A model generated the notes under the pieces. The model was not told where the DNA came from. It did no database searches and worked only from the letters and a program-made list of their open reading frames with translations. Positions 27,118 through 32,000 of a stretch of 32,000 bases of DNA are shown here, piece after piece; position 1 is the stretch's first letter, and each line of letters opens with the position of its first letter. Source of the stretch: Nitrosomonas europaea (lineage in GTDB: Bacteria > Pseudomonadota > Gammaproteobacteria > Burkholderiales > Nitrosomonadaceae); NCBI RefSeq assembly GCF_900167395.1, contig NZ_FUWK01000003.1:90001-122000 (forward strand), written 5' to 3'. Position numbers and translations under genes: made by a program.

Positions 27118-27202
27118 ACTGTTATTACCTCGAATTACCTGATCAGCAAATGGGTGGATTCTATCTGTTTGTAATATCTGCTGACAGTCTGTCAAATCAG
27201 TT

Positions 27203-28273
27203 TCACATCGATAACGGACGTACGTAGCCGGTTAGTTCCATATAGCCACGCCCGGCTGGTTGGCCATCGCGTGTGAATGTTACTGCACCTTCCCAGTAAA
27301 CTGCTCCGGCAGAGGCACGTGAATCCAGTTCCTGATCATCCATCAGAGGTGTAATCTGCCACTCGGTTTCGCCTGTCAGGACGCGGGTGGCAACCGGATA
27401 TACAGCCTGTGTGCGGGCAGAGCGCCAAGTGCGAATCGGATGAAAACTGACCTGGTCAGGTGTAAACAGCCGGGTATGGCCGGAAGCGTCGCGCAATGCG
27501 GCATACGCCCAGATTTTGCTGTCGTCTTTTCCGCGTATCTGAAATGCCATCAACGCTGAGCCATCATCGAGGTTTGCACTGATCCAGTCCCAGCCCGCAG
27601 CATTCGGGTCGAGATACTCGCTTGACCATTCACGATCGAGCCAGGCTGTCCCGGTTACAGGTATATCCTCTCCCTGGCGATTAATTATGCCACTTACCTG
27701 TAAATGCGGCTCGCTGTAGTAGTAGCTGGCTTGCGGCGCTCCCGGGCCTTTACGTGAAAACCCATTCTCGCCCTGCAGCATCAGCGGTTGTGAAGGTGTC
27801 AGGATGAACGTCAGAGTGAAATCTTCTGCCTCGATACGGGTACGGTAGCGGCCATCGGTTTCACGTACAAAAATCCAGTCATCCAGTTTGACATCCGTAT
27901 TACCGGTGCGGGCATACGCCAGATCGAACCCTGCGCGAGCGATTTTCTGGTCATGTTGCAATTTGCCGATTGCCGGGTCAGATAGTGCTACATGCGCAAT
28001 GATCAGTTGATCGGGAGCGAAATGACTGGGGTTATCCCTGTCGATTTCAGTCGCTGTACGAAAAAATGTGATCTGGAAACCGAGCGGTTTTCCTGTCGGG
28101 GTTTCCAGCCAACCGGTCACGTACCACCATTCGATCCTGAAATCATTGTGAGCACCGAAATCCTGCGGGAATTCGAGTGCTTTGCCGGGAACGACCGGCG
28201 CCAGCACCGGCGGAGCGGAAAACAGCATATTCTGGACGGCAAGCCAGCCCAACAGTATCCATAAGTAACGCAT
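27203..28273 (-). CDS. AttH-like secreted protein (CrtC / lipocalin-like domains)
   Basis: 356 aa with a signal peptide. The FPQDFGAHNDFRIEWWYVTGWL motif is typical of AttH / hydroxyneurosporene-synthase-like proteins found next to double-FtsX ABC permeases. Its ATG overlaps the permease stop (TAATG). Confidence 0.8.
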   Translation of the reverse strand: MRYLWILLGWLAVQNMLFSAPPVLAPVVPGKALEFPQDFGAHNDFRIEWWYVTGWLETPTGKPLGFQITFFRTATEIDRDNPSHFAPDQLIIAHVALSDPAIGKLQHDQKIARAGFDLAYARTGNTDVKLDDWIFVRETDGRYRTRIEAEDFTLTFILTPSQPLMLQGENGFSRKGPGAPQASYYYSEPHLQVSGIINRQGEDIPVTGTAWLDREWSSEYLDPNAAGWDWISANLDDGSALMAFQIRGKDDSKIWAYAALRDASGHTRLFTPDQVSFHPIRTWRSARTQAVYPVATRVLTGETEWQITPLMDDQELDSRASAGAVYWEGAVTFTRDGQPAGRGYMELTGYVRPLSM

Positions 28274-30822
28274 TACCAGTCCTCCCTGACAGCGCGGATG
28301 ACATTACCGGAAGCTGCGTGCCGGCTGGCAGCAAATGCCGTCAGTGCAGCAGCACCCAGTACTGCCAGCGCCATCAGCAGCAGCCATGTCCAGGGCATGT
28401 GCAGCTGCATGGTCCAGTGAAAAGATTGCGGGTTGACGACAAAAATCAGAATCAGGCTGATAGCTGTTCCTGCCAGGAACCCGGTAATAATGCCGAATCC
28501 GGCCAGCAATCCGCCTTCCAGTGTCAGCATGCGATGGATTTGCCGTCTGCTGAGACCGATATGGCGCAACATGCCGAATTCCCTGATCCGGGTCAGCGTT
28601 TGCGCGGAAAAGCTGGCGGCCACGCCCATCAATCCGACGCCAATCGCAACCAGTTCCAGCAGATAGGTGATGACGAAGCTGCGGTCGAATTGCTTCAGGG
28701 CAACTGCCCGGACCCGGCCGGTTTCCATGATTTCCAGCGTATCGCCAAACGGCAGTGCCTGCAGTGCGGATATTACCGTATCAATTGCAGCCCCCTCTTT
28801 TACCCATAGCGCCGCATCACTGGCATGGTCATCGCCAGTCAGTCTGCGGTAATCGGACAATTGCATCTGGATTGCACCGAATATGCGGCCGTAATCACGC
28901 CAGATTCCAGCGACAATAAATGTTTGTTCCGGATCAGCAAAGGGGAGTGTGACCCGTTTGCCGGTTTTGAAACCATACAGATCGACCATGGCTTCCGATA
29001 CCCAGATTGGTATCGCATCAGGCGGAATATCACCGGGCGGCAGTCTATCTTCCGTCAAAGGCAACGTCAGCCCGGGGTCGTTCCGGTCGATCGGGCGCGC
29101 CAGCAGGGTGATGTTCGATCTGGCAGGGTCGAAGGTGAGCGGGATCGAGCGGATGAAGTCGATGCGTTCGATTCCTGGCTGGCTGGCAATGATCTGCTGC
29201 TCATCCGGTATGAATCCACGCATATCCTGATGAATGGTGGGGTGCAGGTAGAGATCGGCCGGCAGTACCCGTGCAAGCCAGTCATCCACCGATATGCGGA
29301 AACTGGCTACCATGATCGCCATGGCGACCATCAGGCTGAAACTGACCAGTACACCGCCCAGCGCAATGGCTGCCAGACCGGATGCATTCGAAAGCCGGGT
29401 GATGGCCAGCGTGTACAAAACACTTGATCTGTTTGGATTGAGCGCGCGTGACAGCGTGGAAAAAAACAGTTCGCACAGGTACGGCAGCGCAGCCATGCTG
29501 CCGATCAGCAACAGGACAATGGCGAGGTAACCGAACACGGGCAGATCATCGACCGGCGGCAAGCCGGCAAAGATGACACCTGTCAGCAGACAGGCAGCCG
29601 CCAGTCGGGGAGCGCGCAGTGCCGCCAGCACGGTGTATTCACTGCCGGATTTGAGCGCGGGTGCCGGATGGGCGTGGGCAGCTTCCCATGCAGGCAGCAG
29701 GCTGCCTGACAGGGTGACACCCGTGCCCAGCAGAAAATAAAACAGTGCTGCCAGAGGATCAGGATGCAGCCGCGGTTCCAGCCCCGGGAAAAAGCCGGCC
29801 CCCAGATCTGCACCAAAGAAATACAGCGCCGTGGCGGCCAGCAGATACCCCAGCGCCAGTCCCAGTAACGATCCCAGTACACCCAGCATCCCGCTTTCGA
29901 GCAGAAGCTGGCGCAGTATCTGTCGGCGGGTCATGCCCAGAACACGTAACAGGGCAAGCTGTGATCGTCGTCGGATAGTGGATAGAACCTGGCTGGAAAA
30001 AATCAGAAACGCGCCGGTAAACAGTGCCACCAGTGCCAGAATGTTCAGATTGACGCGATAGGCGCGCGACATATTGTGTGCGCGCTCATCGTCATCTTCG
30101 CTCTCCGTCAGTAGATAGGATGCACCCAGCTCCTTGCTCAATGTTGCACGGAAGGTATCGCGATCGACACCTTGCCGCAGCTTCAGCTCGATGCGGGAGA
30201 GTTGCCCGAGCTGATCGAAATGCCACTGTGCCGCGCCGATATCCATGACGGCAATGCGCTGGCCGGCGTGTGCTCGCGTCAGTCCACCGGCCACCCGCAA
30301 CGTGATGCGTTTGGCACCTGCACTGACTTCGATCGAATCTCCCTGTTTGACTGACAGCCATTCCATTGCGGCAGGGGACAGAAAAACGGCATCGCTGGCC
30401 AGTATGTCCATTTGTCTATCCTCTGCGGGAACGCCCAGCAGATCAGGTGTGACGGCGGTTGCGCGAAAAACATCCAGACCCAGTATCTTGAAAACAGGGT
30501 TATGCATGCTTTTTGCTTTGGCGGGCACGCCTGCGGTGATTTCCAGTACCGGGCTGGCCTGTGCCACGCCTTCATGTTGCATGAGAGTCGGGTAGAGGGA
30601 TTCATCGAACGTGGATTGCACTGCGCGTACTGTCAGATCGGATGTACCGGAGAGGCTGCGGGTGGCTGCAGAAAATTCACTGACCGCTGCGGTATTGATC
30701 AGATGAATGGTAAATCCCAATGCTACCCCGAGCATGATAGCCAGAACAGCCACAACAGACTGCAAGCGGTGCGAGCACCATTCACCCAGCAACAGCCAGC
30801 GAGTGAGCGATACCGGATTCAT
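28273..30822 (-). CDS. ABC transporter permease with duplicated FtsX/MacB-type domains (YbbP/AttFG-like)
   Basis: 849 aa. Two repeats of the pattern TM, large extracytoplasmic domain, then three TMs of FtsX type. ATGA overlap with the upstream ATPase gene. Confidence 0.85.
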   Translation of the reverse strand: MNPVSLTRWLLLGEWCSHRLQSVVAVLAIMLGVALGFTIHLINTAAVSEFSAATRSLSGTSDLTVRAVQSTFDESLYPTLMQHEGVAQASPVLEITAGVPAKAKSMHNPVFKILGLDVFRATAVTPDLLGVPAEDRQMDILASDAVFLSPAAMEWLSVKQGDSIEVSAGAKRITLRVAGGLTRAHAGQRIAVMDIGAAQWHFDQLGQLSRIELKLRQGVDRDTFRATLSKELGASYLLTESEDDDERAHNMSRAYRVNLNILALVALFTGAFLIFSSQVLSTIRRRSQLALLRVLGMTRRQILRQLLLESGMLGVLGSLLGLALGYLLAATALYFFGADLGAGFFPGLEPRLHPDPLAALFYFLLGTGVTLSGSLLPAWEAAHAHPAPALKSGSEYTVLAALRAPRLAAACLLTGVIFAGLPPVDDLPVFGYLAIVLLLIGSMAALPYLCELFFSTLSRALNPNRSSVLYTLAITRLSNASGLAAIALGGVLVSFSLMVAMAIMVASFRISVDDWLARVLPADLYLHPTIHQDMRGFIPDEQQIIASQPGIERIDFIRSIPLTFDPARSNITLLARPIDRNDPGLTLPLTEDRLPPGDIPPDAIPIWVSEAMVDLYGFKTGKRVTLPFADPEQTFIVAGIWRDYGRIFGAIQMQLSDYRRLTGDDHASDAALWVKEGAAIDTVISALQALPFGDTLEIMETGRVRAVALKQFDRSFVITYLLELVAIGVGLMGVAASFSAQTLTRIREFGMLRHIGLSRRQIHRMLTLEGGLLAGFGIITGFLAGTAISLILIFVVNPQSFHWTMQLHMPWTWLLLMALAVLGAAALTAFAASRHAASGNVIRAVREDW

Positions 30823-31493
30823 GTCTGATTTTCCAGTGGGACGGGTGTAAGACCGTGTTTGCTCAGCATCAGGATTTTATCGGCTGTCTCGGCGGCCAGG
30901 CGCGAGTGCGTGACGATAATCGCGGAAGCCTGATTGGCTTTGATTTCGGTACGGATCAGTTGCAGTACCTCATGGGCGGTATCCTGATCGAGATTGCCGG
31001 TAGGTTCATCAGCCAGAATCAGACGAGGGCGGTGTACCAGCGCACGGGCAATGGCTACCCGCTGCAGTTCTCCTCCGGACAGCTGATGGGGAAAATCCTG
31101 TTCCCTTCCCTGTAAACCCACTGCCGTCAGCATGACGGGTGCACGATCGAGGGGCAGACGATTGAGCAACAGCGGCAGCGAGACATTTTGCAGCAGCGTC
31201 AGGTGCGGCAGGATGTGAAATGCCTGAAAGATGAATCCCAAGTGCCTGCGTCGCAGGTTCGTTGCTGCTTCGTCTTCCACCGGCAGGATTTTGCCGTCAA
31301 TTCTGATCTCGCCGCTGTCGGGGCTGTCCAGTCCGGCGATCAGGTTCAGCAGGGTCGATTTGCCTACTCCGGAATCTCCCATGATTGCGACATATTCCCC
31401 GGCTGCAAAGCTGTACGACAAACCGGACAGCACCTGCCGGCTCGAATAGGTTTTGCTGACATTGCTCAATTCCAGAACGGGTGTAAGGCTCAT
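30819..31493 (-). CDS. ABC transporter ATP-binding protein (LolD/MacB/YbbA-like)
   Basis: Walker [10 protein letters not shown], signature LSGGELQR and Walker [14 protein letters not shown] start at the ATG at 31493 ([16 protein letters not shown]). The track ORF extension to 31715 runs antisense into the DUF488 gene. Confidence 0.92.
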   Translation of the reverse strand: MSLTPVLELSNVSKTYSSRQVLSGLSYSFAAGEYVAIMGDSGVGKSTLLNLIAGLDSPDSGEIRIDGKILPVEDEAATNLRRRHLGFIFQAFHILPHLTLLQNVSLPLLLNRLPLDRAPVMLTAVGLQGREQDFPHQLSGGELQRVAIARALVHRPRLILADEPTGNLDQDTAHEVLQLIRTEIKANQASAIIVTHSRLAAETADKILMLSKHGLTPVPLENQT

Positions 31494-31547
31494 ACCGGGT
31501 ATTGTATAGTTGATGACATGATCAGAGCATACGAGGTTTTTACCGAT

Positions 31548-31895
31548 ATGGACATCCAAATCAAAAGAGCTTACGAACCGGCCGATCCCGCAGATGGCTG
31601 CCGTATCCTGGTGGATCGGCTCTGGCCGCGCGGACTGACCAAACAGCAGGTGGCATGTGATCTGTGGCTGAAAGAGATCGCTCCCACTGCTGATTTGCGT
31701 AAGTGGTTTAATCATGACCCTGCAAAGTGGGCAGAATTCCAGCGTCGCTATCGTGACGAGCTGTCAGTCAATCCCTGCGTGAAAGAGTTGCTGGACAGAG
31801 CTGCCAAAGGGCGGTTGACACTGCTTTACGGTGCACGTGATGCCGAATGCAACCAGGCCGTGGTGTTACGGGATTATCTGCTGGAACGAAACTGA
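31548..31895 (+). CDS. DUF488 family protein (YeaO-like)
   Basis: 115 aa from the ATG at 31548. [30 protein letters not shown]...LRKWF...LTLLYGARD parallels E. coli YeaO ([30 protein letters not shown]...LTLLYSAK). Confidence 0.88.
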   Translation: [115 protein letters not shown]

Positions 31896-32000
31896 CAAGG
31901 ATATGCATTTTTTACAGAGAGGCTGGTGGCTGGCCGGCATCAGTTGCGGATTTTCGCAGTCGGACCGGTCGTGCGATAATTGCGTGTTTCGTCCATATGC

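Noticed and set aside
31901-32000. Open frame starting at the ATG at 31901 (MHFLQRGWWLAGISCGFSQSDRSCDNCVFRPY...) and running off the window end.
   Set aside because: Only 33 codons are visible, the AAGGA is just 1 nt from the ATG, and I do not recognise the sequence. There is too little evidence to call a partial CDS.

Overview
This is a chromosomal segment from a betaproteobacterial ammonia oxidiser, Nitrosomonas europaea-like. The assignment rests on an unmistakable AmoC (ammonia monooxygenase subunit C) gene present as a lone copy without amoA or amoB. From memory only, not a search: the N. europaea CADD-type PABA synthase is NE1434 and the orphan amoC3 is NE1411. The 23 gene steps I count between those two genes here fit that numbering.

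I support 34 coding regions. Bases 1-21972 are mostly housekeeping genes: metR (partial), a CADD/CT610-type PABA synthase, glyA, nrdR, tyrS, an M23 peptidase, anmK, erpA, gloA, rubredoxin, thiD, thiE, hemL, mlaA/vacJ, htpX, a rubredoxin-reductase-like flavoprotein, yciI, a parvulin PPIase, alr, an M16 peptidase, ftsYEX and ispD.

The unusual part starts just after ispD:
- A 141-bp MITE-like element with perfect 16-bp terminal inverted repeats and a 4-bp TAAG duplication.
- A 384-bp hairpin-rich non-coding tract.
- The monocistronic orphan amoC, with an ECF sigma-E-like promoter motif upstream.
- A divergently transcribed small secreted protein whose mature N-terminus is 17 His in 32 residues, followed by a very strong terminator.
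- A PepSY protein.
- A truncated second copy of the MITE.
- A PhoP/PhoQ-like two-component system.

Beyond that lie a TusA-like sulfur carrier, a translationally coupled ABC ATPase / double-FtsX permease / AttH-like lipocalin operon, and a DUF488 (YeaO-like) gene.

I found no rRNA, tRNA, CRISPR array, IS transposase or recognisable riboswitch. All calls come from reading the translations and the DNA by eye. No similarity search, RNA folding or statistics was run.
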